Source of the DNA: the human T2T-CHM13v2.0 reference genome, Homo sapiens | Direction: 5' to 3' (one strand) | DNA length: 64,000 nucleotides | NCBI RefSeq assembly: GCF_009914755.1 | Contig: NC_060930.1 | Shown: one piece after another, positions 40,996 to 53,219 of the stretch | Layout: every line of letters begins with the position of its first letter | Position numbering within the stretch: position 1 is the first letter of the stretch | The notes under the pieces: generated by a model | The model's database searches: none | The model's input: only the letters and a program-made list of their open reading frames with translations | What the model was told of the DNA's origin: nothing | Position numbers and translations under genes: made by a program

Positions 40996-41554
40996 GGTTT
41001 CCAGCCTGAGAACCAGCTCTATTTGTGCAGAAGCTCCTAGGCCTGGGGCCTTCCCCAGAGCCCCAGCCCCAGTTTTGGATCAAAACTCCAAAGTCAGCCC
41101 CTTTCCTGGTCTTTTGCCTCTCTCAGCCTCAGTGGGTGGCAGAGACAGCCAGTGTGGGCATGGCCAGTGCCCTGGCCTGGCGCCGGAGGTGGCTCTGGCT
41201 GGGCCACTGACTTGCTGAGTGGTGACACTGGGGGAGTCACTGTACTTCTCTCCTCTCAAAAAGGCAGGGTGTTCTCTGAATGTTTTCCAAAAAAGATGTG
41301 AGCAAAAAAATATTTGTTCTTGGAGCTCTCTGAGGGCCTATGCTCTGGATAAAGAGAATTCTATGGAGAGATGCTATCAGTTTCCAGATTTTCTAGGAAA
41401 GGGGATGAGACCTCAAAGTGGTATGAAAGACCTCCCTTCTCCCCTGCCCTTTCCAGTGCAGAACAAATCACCTCCCTTCGGTTGCTGCATGTGTGTGGAT
41501 CAAGGCAAGAAAAAACTCTACTGCATAATTCACTCTGTAAAGAGCTGTGTGTAA

Positions 41555-41720
41555 CCAACATTTACTAAGCACCTACTCTGTGCTGGGCACTGTTCCAGAT
41601 GCTGGGCATACAGTAGAGAAGAAAACAGACAAAAACAGTCACCCTGACAGAGTTTACATTCTAGTCAGGAGAAATAGACAATAAACCAAAAAACAGCTAA
41701 AATATGTAGAGCCAGGGGGG
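41555..41720 (-). mobile_element. L2 3'-end fragment
   Basis: CAACATTTACTAAGCACCTACTCTGTGCTGGGCACTGTTC...AAAACAGACAAAA is the reverse complement of the L2 terminus. Confidence 0.7.
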
Positions 41721-42872
41721 CTAAGGGCCGTGAAGGGGAATGAGGCAGCGGCTCTCCGGCTCTCCGTGCTTAGGGCCAGGAGGCTGGGTGCGGAAGTGCT
41801 GGAGTTGTGAGGCTCCTCCTATGAAACAGGAAGAGGGAGTTGCCAAGGGCTCTTCACAGGAGCCAGGACGAGGGCCGCACTGCCCTTAAGGAGCTCCCAG
41901 TGTGTTTGGAGAAAGAGGCCAGATCAGCCACAGGGCATGGTGGGTTTCTTCCATGGATGTCGTTTCTGAGCTGGCTTCGGGCAGCGCGGGGAAGGTGGGA
42001 GACCTAGGCTGGAAGGCTCAGAGTAGGCTCCGGAGAGGAGGTGGCATCTGGGCCGGGCCTTGAGAAATGAGTAAAGTCATAACTGCACGGGAGAGAGAGG
42101 GCACTCCAGGTCAAGGTACAGTGTGCGCCAAGGGTGGCAGGGGCTGCTCCCCCTTGGAGGAGGGCATGGGCCACCCCAGTCCCTGGGCTGAGCTCTGCAG
42201 GCACTGCTGGGTTTGGGCCCTTATGAATTACACCCTGTGTAACACTGCACCCTCACTGCCACAGTGCCTTGTAAAGGCCCTTGATGACAGCCTCTACCCT
42301 TGGCAGCATATTGACATCATTCCTCTGTTTCCTGCAAGGACCCCTGTCCCCCTCCCACTGCCACCGCCCTCTCCTCTCTGTCCCCTCCTAGTCTTAGACA
42401 ACAAAGAACTGTTTCGGACAAAAATCAAAAGAGAACGTTTTCATTGGGAGAGTGGACTATAGGAAGCACAGAGAGCCATTTCTCTTTTCTTCAAGGAGGC
42501 CCCAGGTCAACTCCGGTCCCAGGAAGCCCCTGAGTCGGTGGGGAAAGCCAGTACAAATGAGTGGGTCTGGTGGTCCAGAAAGGGGTTGAGAAGTCTCTGT
42601 GCCTCAGTGTCCCTTCTCAGGGCTGTGTTGTGGAGCTGGGTGGAACCAGGGCCAGGCTTGCCAGAGAGAGGCCCGGTGGTGGGTGTTTTACCTCCACCCT
42701 GCAGCTCATTGCAGGACTGCAGGCATGTCTGGGCCGCAGAGACCCTGGGTTAAATATGGCCCTGTGGAGGAAGGCTTGCGGGTGCTGAGCCTGATGAAGG
42801 CATCCGGCCATTACATAACCATCCTGATAGGCTTTACACTCCCAGTGGAGACATTTTTGCGGCAATTGCCAA

Positions 42873-42888
42873 AATAATAATAATGATG

Positions 42889-42929
<41 letters not shown>
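42873..42929. repeat. (AAT)n trinucleotide microsatellite with two GAT interruptions
   Basis: Direct reading, about 19 triplets. Confidence 0.95.
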
Positions 42930-42930
<1 letters not shown>

Positions 42931-44552
42931 TGGTGGCACCTCCTCCAGTCATTTTTCGACTTATTCCCCATAAATGAAAAGGCAGGATGATTCCCAGAAG
43001 GGTTGCAGCTAGAATTTCATTTCTCCCTGGCACCTGAGAGCCTGGGACGAAGGGAGAGCGCTGCATCCCCCTCGGGCCCACCCTCTCTGCCTACCTCCTC
43101 CATGACACCTAGGCCGTCCCTGGTAACCAGCCCCAGACTCTTCCTCACTTTCTTCTTCTCGCGCCATCCCACAGCTACAACTCTGGTTGAGTCCCCTTGC
43201 CTTCAAGGTTCCCCGACTGCCTGCCTTCGCCCTGCCCCCTCCTCCCCTCCCTTCTTTCTCTGCCCCCTCCTCCCTTCACCTCTCCTTTTCAATGCTCCCC
43301 CAGGTCTCCTGCACAATACTCTTCCCCATCCCTCCTCTCCCCTTTCTCCCGACCCTTCCTTCTCTCCCACTTTCCAGGGTTCTTTCCATTTTGCAGATGA
43401 GCAAAGAGACCCAGAGAGACAAAGGAATTTGCCCAAGGTCACAGAGCCCATCCACCTGTGTGTTCTCGCTCCAGAACCCAGCTGGTGATGGTAGCATTGT
43501 AGGTGCTTGGCGTGCCACAGCTGCTGTCCATTTCATCTGTGAGACGAGGCCTGGACAATCGTCCCTCTAGCCAGGCTGTCTGTATTGCAGTCCTCTGGGG
43601 TGTCCACCTGGGAAGCCGCAGGTCTGGCTAGACCAGCCCCTTGCCCTGTGGCCCAGAAGCGTTGGCATCACCTGGAGACTGGGTAGAAACGCAGAATCTT
43701 TGAATCAGCTTCAGTATTTTAAGGATACACCCCAGGACATTCATGGGCACATGAGAGTTTGTGCTGGAGTCTTTTCTTCAGGGTGGGGAGTCCCTATTCT
43801 GCTAGTCTTGCCTGCAGGAGGAAGACATATACCCTTCAGCCATCCCAGGTGTTTGTGCAGGGTGAGGGACCAGGCTGGGTGGAGCCGTGTGCTCACAGCC
43901 ATGGGCAGCAACCCCCTCTCCTGGCGCTCTTCTGCATCAGGAAAAGCATGTCAGAGTCCTCCACCCAGGCTGCCTGGCTCAGAGTGGGGCTGCAGTGGGC
44001 AGGTGCTTGGCTGATTTCCTCTGGGTCTCCTGATTCCTGGCCATGCCCTGAGAGATAAAGGCTTGGAAATCAGAACCTGGCATTCATGGGCAGGGCCTGT
44101 CCACCTGTTTCCTGAGTGTAGGTAGGACACATGGGTGGCTCTGGCCCAGAGGCAGAGGCAGGATACTGAGTGGAACGGCTGCAGGCCAGGCCCCTGCTCT
44201 GTAGTGCCTCCCAGCCAGCCACCCCAGCCCTGTCTCAGGCCTCCCACCCGAGGTTCTAAGAGTAGCTCCTGGGAGGAGGGGGCATTCATCTCCTGGGCCC
44301 CATAAGGAAGCTGCTCCCAGCCCTGTTGCTAGTGTCCCAGGGCTGGAAGGGACAACTGTCTTCCCATTCAAACCCTTTATCTGACAGGAAGAAACAAGAC
44401 CTGTGAGGGAGGGGGCTTGGACAAGGCCCACAGCTTGGCCTCTGGAGGGTAAGGTGAGAGAGAAGCAGTTGCCTCACTAATGGCATACACCAGGACGTAA
44501 GTGGCTCAGGCCAAGAATCCCGCAGTCACCTTCGCCTCACCTCTTTCACACT

Positions 44553-45042
44553 GTGTGGCAGAGTAATGATGGCCACAAGTTCTTTGTTCTCTCCGCTGAG
44601 AGATGGTGGGGTCTAATTCCTCTCCCCTTGATCAGGGCTAGCCTTGGCGACTCACTTGACCAATAGAAGGCAGTAGGAAGTGATGTTCTGGGATTTCTGA
44701 GGCTAGATGGTAAGAAGCCCTGCAGCTTCTGCCTTGGCTTCCTGAGATGCTTGCTCTTGGAACCCAGGAGCCCCAGGAGAGGCTCACATGAGGAGGGGCT
44801 GAGACCTCAGGTGGATGGGCCAGGCCAAGCCCCAGTTGCAGCATCAGCCTGCGCCCACCAGCTGTACGGGACTCATCCTGCTTCCCAGGCCACCCTGCTG
44901 ACATCATGTGGTGCAGAGAGGAGCCTTCCCCACTGAGCCCTGTCTGCGTTTTGCAGATTCATAAGCAAAATAAATGCCTGTGGTCGTTTTAAGCCACCAA
45001 GGATCGGGGGTGGTTTGTTGTATAGCAATAGATAACTGGAAG
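44553..45042 (+). mobile_element. MLT1-family MaLR LTR
   Basis: TGTGGCAG...GACTCACTTGACCAATAGAAGGCAGTAGGAAGTGATG...GCAAAATAAATGCCTGTGGTCGTTTTAAGCCAC...GTTTGTTGTATAGCAATAGATAACTG. Confidence 0.8.
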
Positions 45043-45044
45043 AC

Positions 45045-45740
45045 ATCCCGAATCCAATCTGTCAGCAAATCTCATCAGCTCTGCCATCTAAATATATCCA
45101 CAATCCAGCCACTGTCATCTTTTGCTTGGAGATTACAATGGCTTTCTAACAGCGTCCCTGCCACCTGCCCTTTGCCCCTGCTGTCTGTTATCCTGTTAAA
45201 ACTGAAGCCAGGTCACACCTTTCTGCTCAAACCTTCTATAGACTCCCCTTCCACTCAGAGTGGAAGCCAAAGTCCTTTCCATGGCCCAGAAAGCCCTGTG
45301 GAGTTGGATGCCACTTCCCTCCCTGCGCCCACGTCCCTCTTGCTTACTGCCTCCTTCCACTCCAGCGCTGATCTGCTTGTTAGTCTGGGATCATCCGAGT
45401 CCCGCCCTGGCAGGACTCTTTGCACCACTGCTTGGCATGCTGTGTGGAAGGAAGCTTCCCATAGATGCCCCCAGGGCTCCTGCCCTCATTTCATTTAGGT
45501 CTCTGGTCACATGTGTCCAGAGGGATTTCCCTGCCCAAGTGGTAGAAAGAGGTATTCCTGTTCGTTCCAACCTCCTCATTCTGTTGTATTTTTCTCTGTG
45601 GCGCTTAGCACCAATGTCATTCTATGTTTACTTTGTTTAATGTATTTCTCCCCTCACTAGAACGTAGAGTCCTTCAGAGGAGTCTGTTTTGCCTGTTTGC
45701 TTTGCTACTCAGCAGGTATTTATGAGGTGTAGGAATGAAC
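45045..45740 (+). mobile_element. L2 LINE 3' region (degraded)
   Basis: ATCCAATCTGTCAGCAAATC...CTGCTCAAACCTTCTATAGACTCCC...TCCCCTCACTAGAACGTAGAGTCC...GAATGAACGAA. Confidence 0.65.
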
Positions 45741-46654
45741 GAAGCTGGCTTGGGCTGGCCAGGCGTCCTGCAGGGCTTGGGCTCCAGGGCCCTGCTCTCC
45801 TGGCCTTCTCCTGCAAACCAGGCTTCCCAGACCCTCTTGCTTCTGCTCAGGTCGGAGGGGGTGAGGAGGGAGCATAGTGTCTCACACAGTGGGGCTCTCA
45901 GCCTACATTGCCAGGCAGGTCCTTCAGCCTCCTCTCTGCCTGGGGTCTCCCTCTGGAGATGCTGGCTCACAACTGCTCCCGCCCCTGCCCCTGTGGCCAA
46001 AGTAGCTTTCTCCTGTCTCTGCTGCTTGTTGAAAGAGGCATGGATCTCAGTATCATCCTCCTGCCACCTGCCCCACAGGAGTCTGCTGAGATGGCCATCT
46101 GGGAGCTCACCAAGCCTCTAGGGGAGCGGTGAGAACCAGCATCTGAGTGCAGTGTCAGGGGTTCCCTGCTGCTTGTGCCAGACGAGGTCCAGAACGTGCT
46201 TCTCCACTCAGCTCAGCATCCGGAGCTCTCCCATTTTGCCTCTCCTCCAGGGCAGCATTTTCTTTCTAAATTCCCAGGCTTTTTACATTTGGCTGCCCCA
46301 TGGGGCTAATTCTCTCACTTCGAGATGGTGCCCATTAACACTTCAACAGGCCTCGCCTGGAGCTGCAGCCCCAAGCCCTCTTCCCTGGAACATCCGCGCC
46401 CACGTTCACTTCGCTGTCATCGCCCCAGCTGCGGAGGCTGGACTAGCTTCAGCTACTTTTATTTAGGCTTCAAAAGGAGGACCTTGGCCGCCAGCAGCTG
46501 AGGTCTGCAGGGCACCAGAGGTAAACTTCTGCCCTGAGTCTCCAAAAATAATTTTCTGTTTGGCTCCAAAACATGGTTCTGCTCTTCATCTGCCTGCAGG
46601 AGGCCTTGGGAGGGCCCATATCCCGAAGCTGCCCAGTGAAAGCCTGATGCAGGG

Positions 46655-47312
46655 AATGCTGAAAGCAGCCCAGCCTCTTGTCCCCTCCCCTCCCCTCCTT
46701 CACCTCCCTGGGTGCTGAAAACAGCCCAGCCTCTTGTCCCCTCCTCTCCCCTCCCTCATCTCCCTGGGTGCTGAAAGCAGCCCAGCCTCTAGTCCCTCCC
46801 TCCCCTCCCTCACCTCCCTGGGTGCTGAAAGCAGCCCAGCCTCTTGTCCCCTCCCCTTCCCTCCCTCACCTCCCTGGGTGCTGAAAGCAGCCCAGTCTCT
46901 TGTCCCCTCCCCTCCCTCACCTCCCTGGGTGCTGAAAGCAGCCCAGCCTCTAGTTCCTTCCCTCCTCTTCCTCACCTCCCTGGGTGCTGAAAGCAGCCCA
47001 GCCTCTAGTTCCTTCCCTCCTCTTCCTCACCTCCCTGGGTGCTGAAAGCAGCCCAGCCTCTAGTTCCTTCCCTCCTCTTCCTCACCTCCCTGGGTGCTGA
47101 AAGCAGCCCAGCCTCTAGTTCCTTCCCTCCTCTTCCTCACATCCCTGGGTGCTGAAAGCAGCCCAGCCTCTAGTTCCTTCCCTCCTCTTCCTCACCTCCC
47201 TGGGTGCTGAAAGCAGCCCAGTCCCTTGTCTCCTCCCCTCCCTCACTGCCCTGGGTGCTGAAAGCAGCCCAGCCTCCGGTCACCTTCCCTCGCCTCCCTC
47301 ATGTCCCTGGGT
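46655..47312. repeat. Minisatellite/VNTR, 12 copies of a 51-56-bp unit
   Basis: GCTGAAA anchors at 46658, 46714, 46770, 46824, 46880, 46931, 46986, 47041, 47096, 47151, 47206 and 47257; constant core CCCTGGGTGCTGAAAGCAGCCCAG plus a pyrimidine-rich remainder. Confidence 0.95.
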
Positions 47313-47348
47313 GGAGAGGTCGGCATTGCCTCCCAGGTGGATGCAAAG

Positions 47349-47525
47349 TACCAGTCTCATCAAATCTAAGATACCAGTGATTTTTAAAGGAACCATTATT
47401 TTACCATGAAGGGGGAAAATGCTGCTGATTAAACTAGGATATGCCACCAATTGTTAGACAGATTTCAATTTCAGGGATATTAAAGTGTGAAACAAATGTG
47501 TTCCTTAGGACAGATGAAATATAGT
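47349..47525. mobile_element. MER104-like (TcMar-Tc2) non-autonomous DNA transposon
   Basis: ~175 bp with degenerate inverted ends TCTCATCAAATCTAAGA ... CCTTAGGACAGATGAAATA and internal ACCATTATTTT and CAATTTCAGGGATATTAAA. Confidence 0.55.
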
Positions 47526-49100
47526 CTAGGTGGAACAGCCCCTTCGTCTCAAAGCCAGCACTCTCTAGCTCACACTTTCCCTGGAGAAGAAATTAAAAGT
47601 GTGCTTCGAATCCAAAGGCTTTCAGCTCCTACTCCTGCCAGCACCGTGTGTGTGAGAGTAAATGGGTGGTGGGGACATCAACAGAGGACTGAGGTAAGAG
47701 GGGATCCTGTCATTCTGCCACCCACAGAGCCTGCTGAATGATAGTCACAAGCCCGCACCGCTGTCTTGTCAGCCCAGAGCAAATCAGACTCAGCCCCTAT
47801 CCCGCTGCTCTGATTCACGAAGGACTTCAGTCAGAGGGGGTGTCCTCACCGCTTCGCCCATGACTTAGCACCCCTGTGTTCAGAGGTGACTTAGGGCATC
47901 AGGAGAGGCGAGAGAGAGGGTGCTGGCGGGAGCCTCACCCTCTGGCTTCCTGCGAGGGAATCTGAAGCCTGCAATGTGGAGCCGTCCACACCAGCATAAG
48001 GCGATGGGATGGAGTGGGACGGACAGACGGGGAGCAGGGTGCAGAAAGACTCAAGAGAGGAGACTTCAACTGCAGCAGGAGGGACGTGAGTGAGGCCTAC
48101 AGCAGGAGGGGGTCGGGCGCCTCATCCTTTGGAGACTATAGTGGCCACCTAGGTGCTGCCCACGTACCTCCCTTCAGGACCCCAGTGCCCACTCTCCAGC
48201 CACGGGGGGACGTGAATGGCTGACTGCGCCAAGCTGAGCTCCTCTTCCTCGTGGTTATCCTTGGTCTCTTCCTTTGAGGTTGCAGCATTTTCGGGGGACA
48301 GCCAGCATCCAGCGGCTGGTAAATGCACCAGTGTGAAGGCAGATCCCCTTGCCCCATGTGGGACAGGCTGCAGGGCCTCCTCCCCTCCTCTGTCCTCCCC
48401 GGGGTGGCTGAGGCCTTTGCTGTGACCACAGGGCAGCCCAGCCCCTCTGTCTGTCCAGTCCTGCCTGCGTCACTCTCCACAGGTGTTCTTCTCAGCAAAC
48501 TTCCTGCACATAATCTTCCTCTGAATTGTCTTCGAAAGAACCTGACCGGTCAGAGACCTTGAGGGGAAAGGAGGGAGGCAGCAAGTGGCTGCCAAGGGAA
48601 GGAGCGTCCTGCTCCAAGGCTGGGCAGTGGCCCAGACAAGCCCTGGAGACCTCTCCCTAGCCTGTGGGTAGCTCTAGGAAGCTCCCCCAGGAGTGTCCTC
48701 CTGGCCAGGCCCAGCTCCCTGCCCACCCATAGAGCTGGGGAGAAGGCAGCAGGTACACCAGGGGGCAGGACCATGGCAGGGGCAGGGATGCCGATAGAGC
48801 CCAGGCAGGTGGGCTCAGGAACTTTTAACAGGCAATACAGCTGCTGGGGGCCCCAAGCATGGCGGGGGGCAGTGCAGGCCCCCATACCTATGTGCAGAGC
48901 AGAGCAGAGCAGACAGAGCATATTTGAACTTCATACAAAGCCTGGGCCTGGCCAGCGTGTAGGTCTGTCTATGACTGCATGTATAGGTGTATGTGCATAA
49001 ATGCATGTGTGTGTGTGCATGTGTGTGCATGCATGATGGTAAGAGAAGGCCCATGTGTCCTTATGCCTCGTATGTCAGCTTGTGTTTTTGAGTGCACGGT

Positions 49101-50783
49101 GTTTTTTTTTTGTTTTTTTTTTTTTAAATTTTTTTTTTTTATTGATCATTCTTGGGTGTTTCTCGCAGAGGGGGTTTGGCAGGGTCATAGGACAATAGTG
49201 GAGGGAAGGTCAGCAGATAAACAAGTGAACAAAGGTCTCTGGTTTTCCTAGGCAGAGGACCCTGTGGCCTTCCGCAGTGTTTGTGTCCCTGGGTCCTTGA
49301 GATTAGGGAGTGGTGATGACTCTTAACGAGCATGCTGCCTTCAAGCATCTGTTTAACAAAGCACATCTTGCACCGCCCTTAATCCATTTAACCCTGAGTG
49401 GACACAGCACATGTTTCAGAGAGCACAGGGTTGGGGGTAAGGTCCCAGATCAACAGGATCCCAAGGCAGAAGAATTTTTCCTAGTACAGAACAAAATGAA
49501 GAGTCTCCCAGGTCTACCTCTTTCTACACAGACACGGCAACCATCCGATTTCTCAATCTTTTCCCCACCTTTCCCCCCTTTCTATTCCACAAAACCGCCA
49601 TTGTCATCATGGTCCGTTCTCAATGAGCTGTTGGGCACACCTCCCAGACGGGGTGGTGGCCGGGCAGAGGGGCTCCTCACTTCCCAGTTGGGGCGGCCGA
49701 GCAGAGGCGCCCCTCACCTCCCGGACGGGGCGGCTGGCCGGGTCGGGGCTGACCCCCCCACCTCCCTTCCGGACAGGGCAGCTGGCCGGGCAGAGGGGCT
49801 CCTCACTTCCCAGTAGGGACGGCCGGGCAGAGGCGCCCCTCACCTCCTGGACGGGGCGGCTGGCCGGGCGGGGGGCTGACCCCCACCTCCCTCCCGGACG
49901 GGGTGGCTGCCGGGCGGAGACGCTCCTCACTTCCCAGACGGGGTGGCTGCCGGGCGGAGGGGCTCCTCACTTCTCAGATGGGGCGGTTGCCAGGCAGAGG
50001 GTCTCCTCACTTCTCAGACGGAGCGGCCGGGTAGAGACGCTCCTCACCTCCCAGACGGGGTCGCGGCCGGGCAGAGGCGCTCCTCACATCCCAGACGGGG
50101 CGGCGGGGCAGAGGCGCTCCCCACATCTCAGACGATGGGCGGCCGGGCTCCTCACTTCCTAGATGTGATGGCGGCCGGGAAGAGGCGCTCCTCACTTCCT
50201 AGATGGGATGGCGGCTGGGCAGAGACGCTCCTCACTTTCCAGACTGGGCAGCCAGGCAGAGGGGCTCCTCACATCCCAGATGGGCGGCCGGGCAGAGACG
50301 CTCCTCACTTCCCAGACGGGGTGGCGGCCGGGCAGAGGCTGCAATCTCGGCACTTTGGGAGGCCAAGGCAGGCGGCTGGGAGGTGGAGGTTGCAGCGAGC
50401 CGAGATCACGCCACTGCACTCCAGCCTGGGCACCATTGAGCACTGAGTGAACGAGACTCCGTCTGCAATCCCAGCACCTCGGGAGGCCGAGGCTGGCGGA
50501 TTACTCGCGGTCAGGAGCTGGAGACCAGCCCGGCCAACACAGCGAAACCCCGTCTCCATCAAAAAAAATACGAAAACCAGTCAGGCGTGGCGGTGCGTGC
50601 CCGCAATCGCAGGCACTCTGCAGGCCGAGGCAGGAGAATCAGGCAGGGAGGTTGTAGTGAGCCGAGATGGCAGCAGTACAGTCCAGCTTCGGCTCGGCAT
50701 CAGAGGGAGACCGTGGAAAGAGAGGGAGAGGGAGACAGTGGGGAGAGGGAGACGAGAGGGAGAGGGAGAGGGAGAGGGAGAGC
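49101..50783 (-). mobile_element. Full-structure SVA retrotransposon (~1.68 kb)
   Basis: Read on the minus strand: (CCCTCT)n head ~50720-50783, Alu-like region ~50336-50720, GC-rich VNTR ~49641-50335, SINE-R ~49141-49640, AATAAA 49138-49143, poly(A) 49101-49137. TSD GAGTGCACGGT (49090-49100) / GAGTGCATGGT (50784-50794). Subfamily not resolved by eye. Confidence 0.96.
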
Positions 50784-52898
50784 GAGTGCATGGTTTTGTA
50801 TGTACACATAGGCATAAGTGTGTGCACACAGGCCAGTATGTTTGTGTGTGCCTGCGTGTGGGTACAGGCAACTTACAGAGGGAATGCACCCTGTGTCTCT
50901 TCTCCCTCACCCACTGCATCTTCTCTCTCTTGCCACAAATCCTCGGCCTAAGCTGTCTTGAGATTGCCTCTTTCTCCACCTCCTCCAGGAAGCCTTCCTT
51001 GGTGAAGCCAACATACATTCCAAGCCACCCTTTCTTGTTGTCACCAAAACAATTTCCTTGGCCATCTGTATTTGCCCGTGTCTCCATCTCACTGGGAGTT
51101 TCCTGAGGGCAGGGTTGTGTCTCCATCATCACACTGGGAAGTCCCCGAGCATGGGAACGGCCTCTCCCATCAGGCCAGGATCTCCTGGGGACTGGGACTC
51201 TGATTCTGTCTTCCAGACTGAGCCCCACTACTAATGCCCTGAGAGGCGGTGGAGAACTGAGGACCTCACTCCCAGCCCTGCACTCAGCCCTTTTCCTGGA
51301 CGCTGAGCTGTGGGCTGGCTGTCAGGGGGCCTGGGTTCCAATCCTGGCTCTGAATGTGACTTGGGAAAGCTTTTGCTTTCTGGGCTCCAGGTGACTCATC
51401 TGTAATGGAGGGGACTAAGCAGACGGCCTCGGGGCACCTCACTGCCCTGTGTTTGCCTACAGAGCTCTAGCGAAGTTCAGTCTCCAGGGTCCTCTGTGGC
51501 CCCTTGCCGTTCCCCATGACTGTTGCCCACCTGCCCATCCCCATTTTAAGCTTGTGGGTGGACCTGGCTGCCAGCGGTACCCTCCCCCTTAGCCATGTGG
51601 GGGGAATGAGGAGGTCAGTGGGCCACATGTCCTGGGTTATTACATTAAATAAGCTGACAAAAGCCATCAGAAGATATATCGTTTAATAGGAGATTAAAAA
51701 CCAACAAGAGCGGCTGGGGTTCTGACCTGAAGTCTCTGTGTTTTTAATTTAATTTCATTTGCTGCTCCAATCACAACATTCTAAAATGATAAAAGTAGCT
51801 GTGTTTGCTCAAGGGTTTTATCATTAATTGATTTGGCTGAAGTTTTCCCATAAGCCACATCTTTTGGAACACGCTTCTTATTTTAGGCCTCTGACTCAGT
51901 GGGAAGGCGCCGTTCGAGGCCCGCGGGGGTAGGAGCGAGCGGCGAGGGATGCCCTTGGCCAGCGCCTCCCCACAGGTGAGCAGGCCCAGGCGCTGTGCGG
52001 AAGCCCTGCTGGGAATTGGTCAGTGTTGCTGCTTCAGCATCAGGAACAGCCTTCTCTGCAGCCCTGGATTTAAAGGGTCAGAGCCAGGGTCTTCCCCAAC
52101 CCTGGGCACATCAGAGCCTGGCGGGCGCCCTGCAGAAGGCTGGCAACCCTTGATGGTAGGGGCAGGTCTCTGGCCAGGCCTCAGCCCCCGAGTCTGTGCA
52201 AGTCAGTGGAGCTCAGAGCCGCGGCGTGTCTGGACACGTGTGGTAGGTCTGGTTGCCTACAGGCCCTCTCCATTTTCACTCCCTTCCTCTCTTGCTTGGT
52301 ATTTGTTTCTTGGTCGCAGGCTGTTTGTCTCTATGAAGCAGGAATACTGGCCTCATGTCCTCATATTTTCATGATCAACCAGGAAAGAATTGCTCTCCTC
52401 CAGCTCCAGTTAAAAAGCCCAGAGAGGGGCTCTGATTGGTCTGACTGGGTCACATGCCTAACCCTGGACCAATCCCTGTGGCCTGTGGGGCAGGATCAGG
52501 TGAGAGTTGGGCTCCAATTTGGACCACATGGCCAGAGCAGGTGGGAAGCTGAGGGGGTGTTTTCCAGACAGGGGACGCTGACAGGGCCACCGCAAACGAA
52601 GTGTCCTATTACTATAAAAAAGAAATAAAAAGTGTTAAGACACTGTTGACATTTGAGTGTAATTCATGTGAATATGTTTTCCATTCAAAAGACAAATACC
52701 TCAGTAGAGTGGTCAAAAGCATTGAACAGAAGAGGAAACTGAGAGGGATATGAATGTATGGAAAGCGTATAGAGAGCCCTGTAAAAAGGGAAATGTACAT
52801 CAAACCACATGGCGAGATACAATTTCCTACCCGTTGGATTGTCAAAAATAAAAACGTCTCCCCACTGAGGATATGGAAAATGGAAACTACTCACTCTT

Positions 52899-53219
52899 TT
52901 TTTTTTGCGGGGGGGGGGGCGGGGGGGGCGGGGGGGATGGAGTCTCACTCTGTCGCCCAGGCTGGAGTGCAGTGGTGCGATCTCAGGTTAGTAGCCTCCA
53001 CCTCCCAGGTTCAAGCAATTCTCCTGCCTCAGCCTCCCGAGTAGCTAGGACTACAGGCACGCGCCACCATGCCCGGCTAATTTTTGTAATTTTTGTATTT
53101 TTAGTAGAGACGGGTTTCACCACGTTAGCCAGGATGGTCTTGATCTCCTGACCTTGTGATCTGCCCTCCTCGGCCTCCCAAAGTGCTGGGATTACAGGCG
53201 TGAGCCACTGTGCCCTGCC
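52899..53219 (-). mobile_element. AluS-type element with a G-run block between tail and body, inserted in a degraded L1M
   Basis: Alu arms 52937-53219; TSD AACTACTCACTCTT (52885-52898) / AACTATTCACTCTT (53220-53233); flanks 52780-53760 look like an old L1 3' region. Confidence 0.88.

Noticed and set aside
42617-43081. ORF with a poly-Leu stretch resembling a signal peptide or TM helix
   Set aside because: The Leu run is the reverse translation of the (AAT)n microsatellite.
46655-47312. CRISPR-like appearance (constant palindromic core with variable intervening sequence)
   Set aside because: The intervening parts are homologous to one another and several are identical; there are no cas genes; the context is human. 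It is a minisatellite.
48755-48768. CTCF-like motif ACACCAGGGGGCAG (a weaker one lies near 31853)
   Set aside because: Imperfect matches that are expected by chance in 64 kb of GC-rich DNA; not supportable without ChIP data.
49139-51228. Long ORFs (168-219 aa) around 49-51 kb
   Set aside because: They are translations of SVA SINE-R, VNTR and Alu-like sequence.
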